NCBI GenBank assembly: GCA_965226495.1
Contig: OZ245365.1
Location: 6,112,001-6,176,000 of the forward strand
Reading direction: 5' to 3'
Length of the DNA: 64,000 nucleotides
From: Candidatus Marinacidobacterales bacterium
GTDB lineage: Bacteria > Acidobacteriota > Vicinamibacteria > Marinacidobacterales > DATDRI01
Positions 20,261-31,051 of this stretch are shown one piece after another. The translations under genes and the position numbers were made by a program. A model generated the notes under the pieces. That model ran no database searches and had not been told where the DNA came from. It saw only the letters and a program-made list of their open reading frames with translations. Position 1 is the first letter of the stretch. The number at the start of each line of letters is the position of its first letter.

Positions 20261-20989
20261 TCAATCCAGTTCGTCGGCAAGGGCTCTAATCAGCTCACCG
20301 CCGTTGCCCTTCCAGGCCGAACCGTGCATACAAGCCAGAGTCGTTGGCTCGGTGGCGGCGAGTTTTTCTAGGATCTGCCGCGTGTCCTTGGCATGTGAGT
20401 AATAGTCCATGCCCTCACGCATCGCCTCGCTGGGCCCGAGAATATCGCCATCGGTAAGGGGCTTGTGCTCGTGCCCCCCCTGCGTGAAAAGATCTCCACA
20501 AAGTAGAGTTCGCGTCGACTCTTCGAAGAGGAGGCCGCACTCCCAGGCGTGCGGAACGTGCGGGGTGTACAGCCAGCGCACCTTGTGCTTGCCTAGCGTT
20601 ACCTCGGCACCATCCGCGAGCGCACGAGCCGGCCGGTCGGAGACGTCATCCACCGAGACCATGGCGGCGATATCGCTGCACAGTGGTGCTGCTTGCGGGG
20701 CCACCGCGAGAAAGTCGTTCAACGCTCCACATTCATCCGCTTCGAAGTGAGAGAACGACACGTGGCGCAGCCGCTCGACTGGCATGACACTCTCGATGGC
20801 TTCGCGTACGACGGGAAAGAGCTTCCGTAGACCAGTGTGAAATAGAAGCGGCTCGTCGTCGACGATGAGGTACTGATTGAACGTGAAGCCTACCGGGATG
20901 ACTCCCGGTGGGATCGGCGTGCTAATTCGGTAAATTTGATCGGCGATCTCGTCGACCCGAGTTCCCGAAGTGGAATTGGTGATGCCCAT
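20261..20989 (-). CDS. MBL-fold metallo-protein (FprA N-terminal / ODP-like, no flavodoxin domain)
   Basis: Motifs FNQYLIVDDEPLLFHTG, SHFEADECG, PHVPH, CGDLF and ACMHG. Confidence 0.85.
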   Translation of the reverse strand: MGITNSTSGTRVDEIADQIYRISTPIPPGVIPVGFTFNQYLIVDDEPLLFHTGLRKLFPVVREAIESVMPVERLRHVSFSHFEADECGALNDFLAVAPQAAPLCSDIAAMVSVDDVSDRPARALADGAEVTLGKHKVRWLYTPHVPHAWECGLLFEESTRTLLCGDLFTQGGHEHKPLTDGDILGPSEAMREGMDYYSHAKDTRQILEKLAATEPTTLACMHGSAWKGNGGELIRALADELD

Positions 20990-21078
20990 GTCTGATCTCC
21001 TTTAAGCGGGTGGCGACGAGCATATATTCGAACGGGCCGGAAGTCCACTCTCTCCTCGGTCAGTGCTACAGTACAGGC

Positions 21079-22239
21079 ATGAAGCGTTGGGTCAAGAGGG
21101 GCGCAATCTTTATCGGGTTAATCATTCTTATCGTTGTGCTCCAGTTTACGGTCTTCGCGCCGGAACTGGTGCCGGTGGAAGTCGTTACCGTCGCGCCGGG
21201 CCCGGTCGAAGAAACGGTGACGAACTCTCAGGCAGGGACGGTCCGCGCTCGGAAAAGAGCGAAGCTGTCGCCAGAATTCGGCGGGACGGTGGTCTCGATT
21301 CCCTTTCGGGAGGGCGACCGAGTTTCAAAAGGCGTCGTCGTGCTTCGGCTCGACGATCAGCTGCAGAAGGCCGAGCTGAGTCTCGCAGAACGTGAGCTCG
21401 ATACCGCATCCGCGCAACACGACCAGGCGTGCTTCGCGGCGGAAAGGGCGGCACGAGAGAAAGAGCGAGTCAGCCGGCTCGCCGAGGATGAGATAGCGTC
21501 GCGGTCTTTACTGGACGAAGCGAGCACGGAGGCCGATCGGGCCGCTGCCGCTTGCCGAGCCGCGGCGGCAAGCGTTGAGCGGGCGAGGGCTTCGATCGTA
21601 CTCGCCCGCACGAGAGTGGAGAAGACGGTACTGCGCGCGCCGTTCGACGGGGTGGTCGCGGAGCTGACAACGGAAGTCGGCGAGTGGGTGTCGCCATCGC
21701 CCCCGGCCCTTCCCATACCTCCAGTCGTTGACATCCTCGCTCCCGAGTCCGTCTATATAAGTGCTCCGATGGACGAGGTCGATTCGGCGCAGATCGCTCC
21801 CGACCAGCCGGCGCGGGTGACTATCGACTCTTTTCGGGGAAAGCACTTCTCCGGCCGAGTGAGTCGAGTGGCGCCCTACGTCCTCGACCTCGAAGCGCAG
21901 AATCGTACGATCGAGATAGAGGTAGAGCTCGATGATGTGGACGCTGCTATCTCCCTACGTTTGTTGCCGGGAACGTCGGCAGACGTGGAAGTGATTCTCG
22001 AGGAGCGAACGGGAGTGCTGCGTATCCCGAGTCACGCGCTTCTAGAAGGGGAACAAGTTCTTCTCGTGGAGGACGGTCGGCTGGTAGCACGAGACGTCGA
22101 AGTCGGACTCAGCAACTGGGACTATACGGAGATCGTGAGTGGGCTCAGGGCCGGCGAAGAGGTCGTCGTCTCGCTCGACCGCCCCGAGGTTCAGCCGGGC
22201 GCGTCGGCGGTAGTCGAGAAGAGCCAAGGCGCACCGTGA
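21079..22239 (+). CDS. MacA-like efflux periplasmic adaptor subunit
   Basis: N-terminal TM, lipoyl halves (V..GDRVSKG and LRAPFDGVV) and a coiled-coil hairpin. Confidence 0.9.
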   Translation: MKRWVKRGAIFIGLIILIVVLQFTVFAPELVPVEVVTVAPGPVEETVTNSQAGTVRARKRAKLSPEFGGTVVSIPFREGDRVSKGVVVLRLDDQLQKAELSLAERELDTASAQHDQACFAAERAAREKERVSRLAEDEIASRSLLDEASTEADRAAAACRAAAASVERARASIVLARTRVEKTVLRAPFDGVVAELTTEVGEWVSPSPPALPIPPVVDILAPESVYISAPMDEVDSAQIAPDQPARVTIDSFRGKHFSGRVSRVAPYVLDLEAQNRTIEIEVELDDVDAAISLRLLPGTSADVEVILEERTGVLRIPSHALLEGEQVLLVEDGRLVARDVEVGLSNWDYTEIVSGLRAGEEVVVSLDRPEVQPGASAVVEKSQGAP

Positions 22240-22961
22240 TTCGTCTGGAGGGAATCAGCCGATCTTTCATCGTCGGTGGCCAGCCGGTCCATGCGCTGGT
22301 CGATGTTCACGAGCGAATTGAATCGGGCGAGCACATCGCCATCATGGGGCCTTCCGGCTCCGGAAAGTCGACCCTCCTCAACGTCCTTGGCCTCCTCGAT
22401 CGCCCTTCCTCGGGTTCCTACTGGCTCGACGATCGTGAAGTATCGAAACTCGACGAGCTCGAGCTGACACAAGTTCGACGCCACCGTATCGGATTCGTCT
22501 TCCAGTTCTTTCACCTCGTTGCCCGTCTCACCGCCCTCGAAAACGTGGAGCTTCCCATGATCTTTGCCGGCATCCCTCGTGAGGAGCGAAGGAAGAAGGC
22601 ATCCGAGTTGCTACAAGCAGTTGGGCTAGGCGAACGAATCGATCATCGTCCGGATCAACTCTCTGGTGGAGAGCAGCAGCGCGTCGCGCTCGCTCGTGCC
22701 ACGGTCATGGGACCGGGACTTCTCCTTGCCGATGAACCCACCGGTAACTTGGACACCGCGTCCGGACAACAGGTGCTCGATCTGCTGGACGAAATGAACG
22801 ATAACGGTCTCACCCTGGTGGTGGTGACGCACGATCCTGATGTCGCGCGTCGGGCCGACCGCATTCTCGTGCTCGCCGACGGACGAATCGCCCGCCGTTT
22901 GAGCGGAGCTGAGATCGCACAGGTCGCCGGGTTTACGGATCTGGCAGGCGGACGAACGTGA
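22236..22961 (+). CDS. ABC transporter ATP-binding protein (MacB/LolD type)
   Basis: Motifs [18 protein letters not shown] and [10 protein letters not shown]. Confidence 0.95.
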   Translation: MIRLEGISRSFIVGGQPVHALVDVHERIESGEHIAIMGPSGSGKSTLLNVLGLLDRPSSGSYWLDDREVSKLDELELTQVRRHRIGFVFQFFHLVARLTALENVELPMIFAGIPREERRKKASELLQAVGLGERIDHRPDQLSGGEQQRVALARATVMGPGLLLADEPTGNLDTASGQQVLDLLDEMNDNGLTLVVVTHDPDVARRADRILVLADGRIARRLSGAEIAQVAGFTDLAGGRT

Positions 22962-24160
22962 GTTTCCCCGATCTGCTGCGCTATGCTATCCGCGCCCTCG
23001 TGGGGCGTCGCTTGCGTGCCGCATTGAGCCTGCTGGGAATGGCGATCGGCGTCGCGGCGGTGGTGGTGCTGACCGCGTTAGGTCAAGGGGCGCTCACCTA
23101 CGTCTCCGACCAGTTCGGAAACATCGGCACCAATATCCTCATAGTCGTTCCCGGCAAGACCGAGACCACGGGAGGATTTCCAGGGGTGGGTGGCACACCG
23201 AACGACCTGACACTCGACGACTTCGAAGTGCTGGTCCGCAGTATGAGAGAAGTTCAACGGGCCGCACCGATCGCGATGGCCACCGCCGCGGTTTCACATG
23301 GAGCCCTTTCACGGCAGGTGGCGGTCGTCGGCACGACCGATCAGTTTCTGGCGGTTCGCAATCTGGCGCTGGGGCGAGGGCGGTTTCTGCCCGAGGCGGA
23401 GATCGATCGCGGGGCGGCGGTCGCGGTCATCGGGGAGAAAGTAGCCCGGGAGCTCTTCCCCGCACAAGATGCGTTAGGCCAGGTCATTCGAATCGACGAC
23501 GCACGGATGAGGGTGATCGGACTCCTGGCACCGAAAGGAGTGCAGCTCGGTCTCGATCTCGACGACATGGTGGTCATACCGGTTGCTTCGGCGATGCGCC
23601 TGTTCAACCGCAGTTCTCTTTTTCGCATTATCTTGGAGGTTCGGCCTAGCGCCGATCTGGGACTCGCCTGCGATAAGGTCACGCAAATCATGACCGAGCG
23701 CCATGATGAAGAAGACGTCACTTGCATCCGGCAGGACGCGGTGGTCGAGACGTTTTCATCCATTCTCGGAACACTGACCTTGGTGCTGGTTGCGATCGCC
23801 TCGATCTCTCTCACCGTTGCCGGCATCGGGATCATGAACGTCATGCTGGTGTCGGTCTCGGAGCGTACGCCAGAAGTCGGTTTGCTGAAAGCGGTGGGCG
23901 TTGCACCCAAGCAGATTATTGCGGTGTTCGTCACCGAGGCCGCCTTGCTCTCGACGGCGGGCGGGCTAGTCGGTCTCGCAATCGGTTGGCTGGTGGTCAA
24001 AGTACTAGTCGGAATCTATCCTGCTCTGCCGGCGAGCCCGCCGGCTTGGGCGGTGGCTGCTGCGTTGGCGGTCTCCACGGTCGTTGGAATGACCTTCGGC
24101 GTGCTACCCGCTCGGCGCGCCGCTCGCCTCGATCCCATCACCGCGTTGGCCCGCCGGTAG
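22958..24160 (+). CDS. ABC transporter permease (MacB type)
   Basis: Motifs [34 protein letters not shown] and [11 protein letters not shown]. Confidence 0.93.
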   Translation: MSFPDLLRYAIRALVGRRLRAALSLLGMAIGVAAVVVLTALGQGALTYVSDQFGNIGTNILIVVPGKTETTGGFPGVGGTPNDLTLDDFEVLVRSMREVQRAAPIAMATAAVSHGALSRQVAVVGTTDQFLAVRNLALGRGRFLPEAEIDRGAAVAVIGEKVARELFPAQDALGQVIRIDDARMRVIGLLAPKGVQLGLDLDDMVVIPVASAMRLFNRSSLFRIILEVRPSADLGLACDKVTQIMTERHDEEDVTCIRQDAVVETFSSILGTLTLVLVAIASISLTVAGIGIMNVMLVSVSERTPEVGLLKAVGVAPKQIIAVFVTEAALLSTAGGLVGLAIGWLVVKVLVGIYPALPASPPAWAVAAALAVSTVVGMTFGVLPARRAARLDPITALARR

Positions 24161-24169
24161 GAATAGCAC

Positions 24170-25366
24170 GTGCGAGATCTGTTGTTGTTCGCTTTCGGTG
24201 CCCTGGCCCGTTATCGATTGCGCTCGATGCTTTCGATGCTCGGGATTGCCATTGGTATCGGTTCGGTCATTCTGCTGACATCGATCGGCGAAGGGACGCG
24301 GCTCTATGTCCTCGATCAGTTTACTCAGTTCGGCACCAACCTTCTGCAGATCAATCCCGGCAAGGCAGAGACCATGGGTATCCCAGGCGTTTTGGGGGGG
24401 ACAACACATAAACTCTCGATCGACGACTCGCTAGCCATTGCACGGCTGTCGCAGGTCGAGACCGTCGTGCCATTGGCGTTCGGAATGGCACGCGTGGAGG
24501 CGGAGGGGCGAGGTCGTAGCGTGTACATCTACGGTGTCACGCCTGATGTACCCGCGGTTTGGAAATTCCGCGTGAGGCAAGGCTCCTTCTGGCCCACCGG
24601 GGATCCGCGACGTGGCCAATCGATGGCGGTCCTGGGACCCAAGCTCAAGCGGGAACTCTTTGGAAACGCCAACGCGCTCGGTCGTTTCGTTCGCGTCGGA
24701 GGGACCCGATTTCGCATCGTGGGAGTGATGGAGCCCAAGGGGCAGTTTCTAGGCTTCGATATCGATGACGGAGCCTATATCCCGGTGGCCTCCGCGATGC
24801 GGCTCTTCAATCAGGATGAACTTCAGGAGATTGATGTTGTCTTCTCGAGCTCTGCCTCTGTGGACACGATCGTCGATCGCATCACCAGCCTTCTGATCGA
24901 TCGACACCGCGGGAACGAAGATTTCACTATCACCACCCAGGCGGCGATGATGGATGTGTTCGGCAACGTCATGAACATTATTACGATGGCGGTCGGTGCT
25001 ATTGCCGCGATCTCACTGCTCGTCGGGTCCATTGGAATCCTGACCATGATGTGGATCGCAGTAGGAGAGCGCACCGCCGAGATTGGATTGATCCGTGCGA
25101 TCGGCGCTTCACGACGGCAGGTGCAGGTGGTTTTTCTCGTGGAAGCGGGAGCGCTGGCCACAGTTGGAGGCCTCGCAGGTTTGCTCGGGGGGTTGGCGGT
25201 CTGCGCTTTGCTCCGCGGCTTCGTTCCTGGCCTACCGGTTCACACACCGGTGCTCTGGGCAGTCTTGGCGGTGGCGATCAGCTTCGCGACCGGTTTGGTC
25301 TCCGGTGTGGCGCCGGCGCGAAGGGCGGCCTCGCTCGATCCCATCGAGGCGCTCCATACCGAGTAG
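24170..25366 (+). CDS. ABC transporter permease (MacB type), second paralog
   Basis: Motifs LSMLGIAIGIGSV, ERTAEIGLIRAIGA and PARRAASLDPIEAL. Confidence 0.93.
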   Translation: MRDLLLFAFGALARYRLRSMLSMLGIAIGIGSVILLTSIGEGTRLYVLDQFTQFGTNLLQINPGKAETMGIPGVLGGTTHKLSIDDSLAIARLSQVETVVPLAFGMARVEAEGRGRSVYIYGVTPDVPAVWKFRVRQGSFWPTGDPRRGQSMAVLGPKLKRELFGNANALGRFVRVGGTRFRIVGVMEPKGQFLGFDIDDGAYIPVASAMRLFNQDELQEIDVVFSSSASVDTIVDRITSLLIDRHRGNEDFTITTQAAMMDVFGNVMNIITMAVGAIAAISLLVGSIGILTMMWIAVGERTAEIGLIRAIGASRRQVQVVFLVEAGALATVGGLAGLLGGLAVCALLRGFVPGLPVHTPVLWAVLAVAISFATGLVSGVAPARRAASLDPIEALHTE

Positions 25367-25615
25367 CTCATAAGCCTTGAGACGCAAAAAAACAAAAAAA
25401 GACTTGACAGGTTCTGCGAAGCAATTTCGAAGTGTGATTAGTTACTAGCGTAAACACCTCCCTGAAACGCATACACGCGTTCTCGCATATTCCCTCCAAG
25501 GTTTAGATGTTTTCTTGATCTAATCCGTTTTCCTCCCGTCTGGCGACGGCCAAGGCCCCAGAAAAACCCGTGGCTATATTAGAAGAAGCAAGAATCGAAA
25601 GAGGGGGCGAAACTC

Positions 25616-26701
25616 ATGATAGAAAGAGTAAAGAGATACTTGGAGGCACTCGAAAGGCTCTCCACCGAAGAGATCGATCAGTCCGTGGAGAAACTCGTCC
25701 GCACCGAGAAACGAAACGTGGCGCTCGTCATCGCACACATCGCCGAGATGTCGAGAAGAAAAGGCCACCTCGAGCAGGGGTACAAGAATCTCTTTGACTA
25801 TTGCACGAGACGTTTGCGTCTGAGCGAAGGGTCGGTCGCCTTGCGGATTCAGGTCGCCAATGTGTCGAGGCGCTTTCCCCAGCTTCTCATTGCGCTGGCC
25901 GAAAACCGATTGAGTCTCACCGTGGCGGGTCTTCTTGCGCCCGTTCTCACGGAGAGCAATGTCGAGAAGCTCCTCGGGCATTGCGCTGGAATGACCAAGC
26001 GTGAGGCCGAGGAGTACCTGGTCGCGCTCCGGCCAAAGGTCGCCTTCGCTCCCTCGATTCGCAAATCGCCTTCTCCGGCAACCATCCCGCCGAAAGCCAC
26101 TTCACGCTCCATAGCTCAGCTGCCCCAGGAGACGCGTCCAACTCCTCGAGTGTCGCCGAGTATCCTCCAACCGGCGAGGCCGGAGCTCTTCAATTTCCGT
26201 TTTGCCGCCGACCGAAAGTTCAAGGACAGGTTCGAGCGTCTGGCGGAAGTCCTCGGTGTCCAGAATCCTCAACAACACATGGCCGAGATCATGGAGCAGG
26301 CCCTGGAAATTGCTCTGGATAAGAAGGACGTGCAGAGGAAGCGTGCACGCCGACTACAGAGGGTGTCGAAAGGTAACAAAAAATCTCGTCCAGACAAGGT
26401 TTTCGCAAAGTCTCGTTACATCCCGTCAGAGGTTCGTGAGCGCGTCCAAGCACGGGCCGGATACCAGTGCCAATACCGAGGTCCTGACGGAAACCGGTGT
26501 CGGTCACGAACGGGACTTCAGGTTGAGCACCTGCGGCCCTTTGCTTTGTATCGCAGCCACGACGAGAAGTATCTGCGGCTCTATTGCGACCCCCACAATC
26601 GTTTGAGCGCCGAGCGGGTCTATGGGGCCGCGTTCATCCAAGAGAAGATCGAGGCCTCTCGGCGCAGGCGCTCGCCGAACGGCCTCGCCGACTCATCGTA
26701 G
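25616..26701 (+). CDS. DUF222-like N-terminal domain plus C-terminal HNH endonuclease
   Basis: N-terminal GYKNLFDYC...LRLSEG...RI. C-terminal SRYIP..VR..V..RAGYQCQY...RC...LQVEH..PF...LYC..HN. GAGGGG RBS. Confidence 0.8.
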   Translation: MIERVKRYLEALERLSTEEIDQSVEKLVRTEKRNVALVIAHIAEMSRRKGHLEQGYKNLFDYCTRRLRLSEGSVALRIQVANVSRRFPQLLIALAENRLSLTVAGLLAPVLTESNVEKLLGHCAGMTKREAEEYLVALRPKVAFAPSIRKSPSPATIPPKATSRSIAQLPQETRPTPRVSPSILQPARPELFNFRFAADRKFKDRFERLAEVLGVQNPQQHMAEIMEQALEIALDKKDVQRKRARRLQRVSKGNKKSRPDKVFAKSRYIPSEVRERVQARAGYQCQYRGPDGNRCRSRTGLQVEHLRPFALYRSHDEKYLRLYCDPHNRLSAERVYGAAFIQEKIEASRRRRSPNGLADSS

Positions 26702-26860
26702 CCAGCAATATCCCGCATCACACCAGCCGTGAAGCAAGCGAGTGGTAGCAAAAGGCCTGAAGCTCAATCCGAGGAAAGTTAAGGTGCCACGCGGAACGCC
26801 GGCGTGACAGGCCGGGGAAGGCGTCCAAGCGGTACAAAGAGAGGAAGAAGGAGCCTAAGA

Positions 26861-26873
26861 AATCAAGCAGTTA
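26861..26873 (+). promoter_or_regulatory. IHF-consensus site inside an imperfect inverted repeat
   Basis: AATCAAGCAGTTA matches WATCAANNNNTTR and is flanked by AAGGAGCCT / AGGCTCCTT. Confidence 0.4.
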
Positions 26874-27025
26874 GACTTTCGGGTCAGGCTCCTTTGGTAC
26901 CTGTTAGGACAGCTTCACTGCACAATTACCGCACAGGACGAAGACTTCGCGCTTCCCTTGGACACTTTGCCTTTGCCCGACTAGAATCTCCTCCTTGGCT
27001 TGTGCTGATTCCCGAAAGCCAGACC

Positions 27026-29691
27026 ATGCCCCTACAATCCGGAACCAAGCTCGGCACGTACGAGATCATCGCCGCCATCGGTGCGGGTGGCATGGGTGAG
27101 GTCTACCGCGCCAAGGACAGCAAGCTCGGGCGTGAGTTGCGGGAGTCGCCATCAAAGTCCTTCCTGACGCGCTCTCGCAAGACAAGGAACGTCTCGCACG
27201 TTTTGAACGTGAGGCCAAGCTCCTCGCGTCACTGAATCACCCCGGCATCGCTACACTCTTCGGGCTCGAGGAAGACGCTGGCAAACCATTCCTTGTCATG
27301 GAGCTCGTTGAGGGCGAGACTCTCTCGGAGCAAATCGCCCGCGGACCCCTTCCAGTAGAAGTCGCGTTGCCCCTGTTCCAGCAAATCGCAGAGGCACTGG
27401 AAGCCGCGCACGAAAAGGCAGTCATCCATCGCGACTTGAAGCCAGCCAATATCAAAGTCACGCCCGAAGGAAAGGTCAAAGTCCTCGACTTCGGGCTCGC
27501 CAAGGCGTTCGCGCCGCAAGAGTCAGAAGTCGATGATTCATCTCAATCGCCTACTCTAACCAAAGGCACGGCGCTCGGTGCGATAATGGGTACCGCGTCG
27601 TACATGAGTCCCGAGCAAGCGCGCGGCAAGCCCGTCGACAAACGAACCGACGTCTGGGCGTTCGGCTCTTGTCTTTACGAAGCACTCTCCGGCAAGAAAG
27701 CATTCGAAGGCGATACGGTCACCGACACGATCTCCGCAGTCGTGCGAGCCGAGCCGGACTGGAATCCGTTGTCGAAGCATCCGCAACGCGTGCGTCGGCT
27801 TCTCGCCCGGTGCCTGCAGAAAGACCCTCGGGAGCGACTCCGCGATATCGGTGACGCCCGCATCGAAATCCGAGATGCTTTGACCGAGCCCACAACCGTT
27901 CCAGGCGAAACGCAAACTTTGAGTCGGCGAGCGAGCTGGCTCCCCGCAGTCGCAGTGGGTGTGATCTTGTCCGCTTTGTTCTTTGCCGGTTTGAAGCTTG
28001 GGTGGTTCTCTCAGTCAACACCACCCCGGAGCGAGCTGAGCCTCCGCCAGCTCACCGCGAACCCCATCGACTACCCGGTGATGGGCGCCGCCATTTCCGG
28101 GGATGGAAAGTACCTCGCCTACGTCGATCCGAACGGACTCTTCCTTCGTCTGATCGACAGCGGGGAGACTCACAGTTTATCTCTGCCCGAAGCGTTTCGA
28201 GTGAGTGAGATCGATTGGTTCCCGGACGGTACGCACTTGCTTCTCGGGGCGGATGCCGGAGAGGGGCCAAGCCTTTGGAAGATCCCCATTCTGGGTGGTA
28301 CTCCCGCGAAGCTCGCGGACGGCGCACATGAGGCAACCATTTCGCCGGATGGTTCTCACATCGCTTTCTTCAAAGCGGTCTTCCCGGTGCGGGAAATCTA
28401 TCTGATGCGTGCCAGCGGGGAGGCTCTACGCAGTTTAGTGACCGGTGGGGAGGGCGACTCCTTCTCGGAGATGGCGTGGGCACCCGACGGGAAACGCCTA
28501 GCTTTTGGCAAATGGCGTTTAGAAGCGGATGGAAGTCGAGAAATGACCATCGAGAGCATCCATCTCGAAACTAACCAGATCGCTGTGATGGTATCCGGCC
28601 CCAGATTGGTTCAGAAGTGGAGAGGCAGTCTTCCTTTCTGCTGGACGCCGGACGGGCGTCTTCTCTATGCACTGCAAGAACCGTCTCCGAATCAAGACTA
28701 TTCCAATCTCTGGGAAGCGAAGATCGACCTAGCTACCGCAAAAGTGTCGGAGAAGTCGTCGAGACTGACACAACTATCGGGGTACAACTTTCGAGACCTC
28801 CACGTCACGAGTGACGGAAGCCGCCTTACGTTTCTGCTCGAGCGCAATCAATCTGACGTCTATGTTGGTGACATCGAATCCGCTGGCCGTGCTCTGGTCA
28901 ATGTACGCCGTCTCACACTGGATGAACGGGATGACTATCCTGGAGACTGGACGTTAGATGGTAGTGCCGTTCTCTTCTCGTCGAACCGAGGTGGCACTTG
29001 GGACGTCTTCAAACAGGATATCAATCAACGAAACGCCGAAACCGTTCTCGCCGGACCAGAAGACGAGGGCGAGGGGGGCTCGGTTTTCAGCGCCGACGGG
29101 GATTGGATTCTGTACTGGGTGTCAGACAAGTTGATGCGTAAGCCGGTATCCGGAGGACCTCCCGAGCTCATTTTGGCCGTTGGAGAGCAGATTCATTGCG
29201 CCCGTAGCCCCCTAAGAGGTTGCGTGTTGGGAGAGCGCGACCGAGACAAGAACCAATACATTTTCTCTGCGCTAGATCCAATCACAGGCAAAGGAGACGA
29301 GCTCTTGAGGATCGAGGATAACCCTCCTTTCACCAATTGGGACATTTCACCGGACGGCACCCGGATTGCGGTGGTGCACAACGACGATCGAATCCGCATC
29401 TTTGAGCTGTCAAGCGGTGAGGAGAGCGTGATTTCTCAAGAGGAATGGATCTTCGGTGAGTTCGTTGCATGGTCGGTAGATGGAGAAGGGGTATACCTGG
29501 ACGGCGGCCCGAAGACGAGCGACCGCAGGCGGCGCGGGCTCCTCTACGTTAGCTTGAAGGAAGACGTCACCCTTCTGCGACAAACACCACATGACTGGCA
29601 CGTCCAGCCCGTGACATCCCCGGACGGGCGCCACCTGGCCTTCGCTTCCATGTTCTTCTCCGGGAATGCCTGGATGATCGAGGACTTTTGA
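27026..29691 (+). pseudogene. Ser/Thr protein kinase with a TM segment and TolB-like beta-propeller; frameshifted by an apparent 8-nt insertion at about 27137-27144
   Basis: MPLQSGTKLGTYEIIAAIGAGGMGEVYRAKDSKLGRE is in one frame. VAIKVLP...HRDLKPAN...DFGLAK...YMSPEQ is in another, followed by PD40 repeats. Confidence 0.85.
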
Positions 29692-29706
29692 CGATCGAGC
29701 GTTGAC

Positions 29707-29871
29707 ATGACACTCGCTGCGGGCACACATTTCGGAACTTACGAGATCGTCTCCGGTGCGGGAGGAATGGGCGAAGTGTATCGCGCCTGCGCTGGTCTCC
29801 GCGAGCTGACCGAGCCAAACGTCGTCCTCAACTGGTTCGAGGAGCTGAAGCGCCTCGTCCCGACGAAGTAG
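29707..29871 (+). pseudogene. 54-aa in-frame kinase remnant (N-terminus fused to family C-terminus)
   Basis: Manual translation: MTLAAGTHFGTYEIVSGAGGMGEVYRACAGLRELTEPNVVLNWFEELKRLVPTK*. Confidence 0.8.
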
Positions 29872-29884
29872 GACACGAACCCAC

Positions 29885-30802
29885 TCAATGCTCTCCAGCC
29901 GTCGAACGATGGACGGCGAGTGCGACGCCAACAATGACAAGAGCCGCGCCGGCGAGGAGTCGCGGGTGCAGTAGCTCCTCGCCGCGAAGGAGGCCAACCC
30001 CAACCGCGATTAGTGGAATGATGTACGCGGTGAGAGCCAAACGTTTCGCTGGAATAAACGAGAGCAGCCAGTAATAGAGAAAAAACGTCACCGCCGACCC
30101 GCAGATCGCAAGGTAAAGTAGCGCACCGATTGTGTCGGAGTTCCAAACGAGACTCTTTCCACGCTCGAGCCACAGTGCGATGGCTCCCATGACCACTGCG
30201 GTGACGGCCATGGGTCCTCCGGCAAGCGAGAGCGGATGGATATCTGTGCCCCAACGTTTGACGACGATCGTGCCGAAGGCGGCCGATATCGGTGAGAGCA
30301 ACATCACTAGCGCCGCGGCATAGACATTGTGTCCACCTAGTGCGGCGAGGTCTTCGGAGAAGATCACCCCGACCCCGGCAAAGCCGATGACGATGCCGAG
30401 GATCTCGCCGGGAGTTAATCTCTCCCCGGAAAGGACGAAATGGCCCACGCTCGTTACCACGAGTGGATAGATAGCGAACAGGATGGCCGCCAGACCCGAG
30501 GGTACCCACTGTTCGCTCCAATAGACGGCGCCGTAAGCGATGGTGAAAGAGAGAATGCCATTTGCGAACCAGATGGTGATCTCTTTGCGCGTCGTTCCAA
30601 CCTTGATTCCTAGTGCGGCGGCCACCGCGAAAAGAAGTGTCGAGGCGAGTGCGAATCGGATGGCAACGCCGCTGAAGGGTGGGGTGCCGCGGAGCCCCAC
30701 CGCAATGACCGCCCAGGTCGTGCCCCAGATCAGACAAACGACGGTAAAGGCCAGAACAATAAGCAATGTGCTGGGCGGGCGTCTTCCGGTTGCGGCAGGC
30801 AT
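29885..30802 (-). CDS. EamA/DMT family transporter
   Basis: Motifs CLIWGTTW, EQWVPSGLAAIL and LYLAICGSAVTF; about 10 TM helices. Confidence 0.92.
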   Translation of the reverse strand: MPAATGRRPPSTLLIVLAFTVVCLIWGTTWAVIAVGLRGTPPFSGVAIRFALASTLLFAVAAALGIKVGTTRKEITIWFANGILSFTIAYGAVYWSEQWVPSGLAAILFAIYPLVVTSVGHFVLSGERLTPGEILGIVIGFAGVGVIFSEDLAALGGHNVYAAALVMLLSPISAAFGTIVVKRWGTDIHPLSLAGGPMAVTAVVMGAIALWLERGKSLVWNSDTIGALLYLAICGSAVTFFLYYWLLSFIPAKRLALTAYIIPLIAVGVGLLRGEELLHPRLLAGAALVIVGVALAVHRSTAGEH

Positions 30803-31051
30803 GACCCGGCAGTGTAACCATTTCGTTCCGCGGTGGCTCGTGAATGCTCCGGGCAAAAGGCGAAATGACTTGTCCCGATCATATGACCGATGGCGGACAG
30901 GCCGGTCCCAGCGGCGAACAGCCGGACGTCGCCTTCGCGGGCCCGTCTGCCCTATCTCACTGATTTCTAAGGGGGATTTGCCGGGGCCTCATGGCATGAC
31001 CCGTGCATTTGTAGATAATCTACAGGAAGCGTGGACAGGAGGTAGAGACTC

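Noticed and set aside
25616-26701. HNH protein as IscB/Cas9-like or part of a CRISPR system
   Set aside because: No RuvC motifs or PLMP N-terminus, and no repeat-spacer array or cas genes anywhere in the window.
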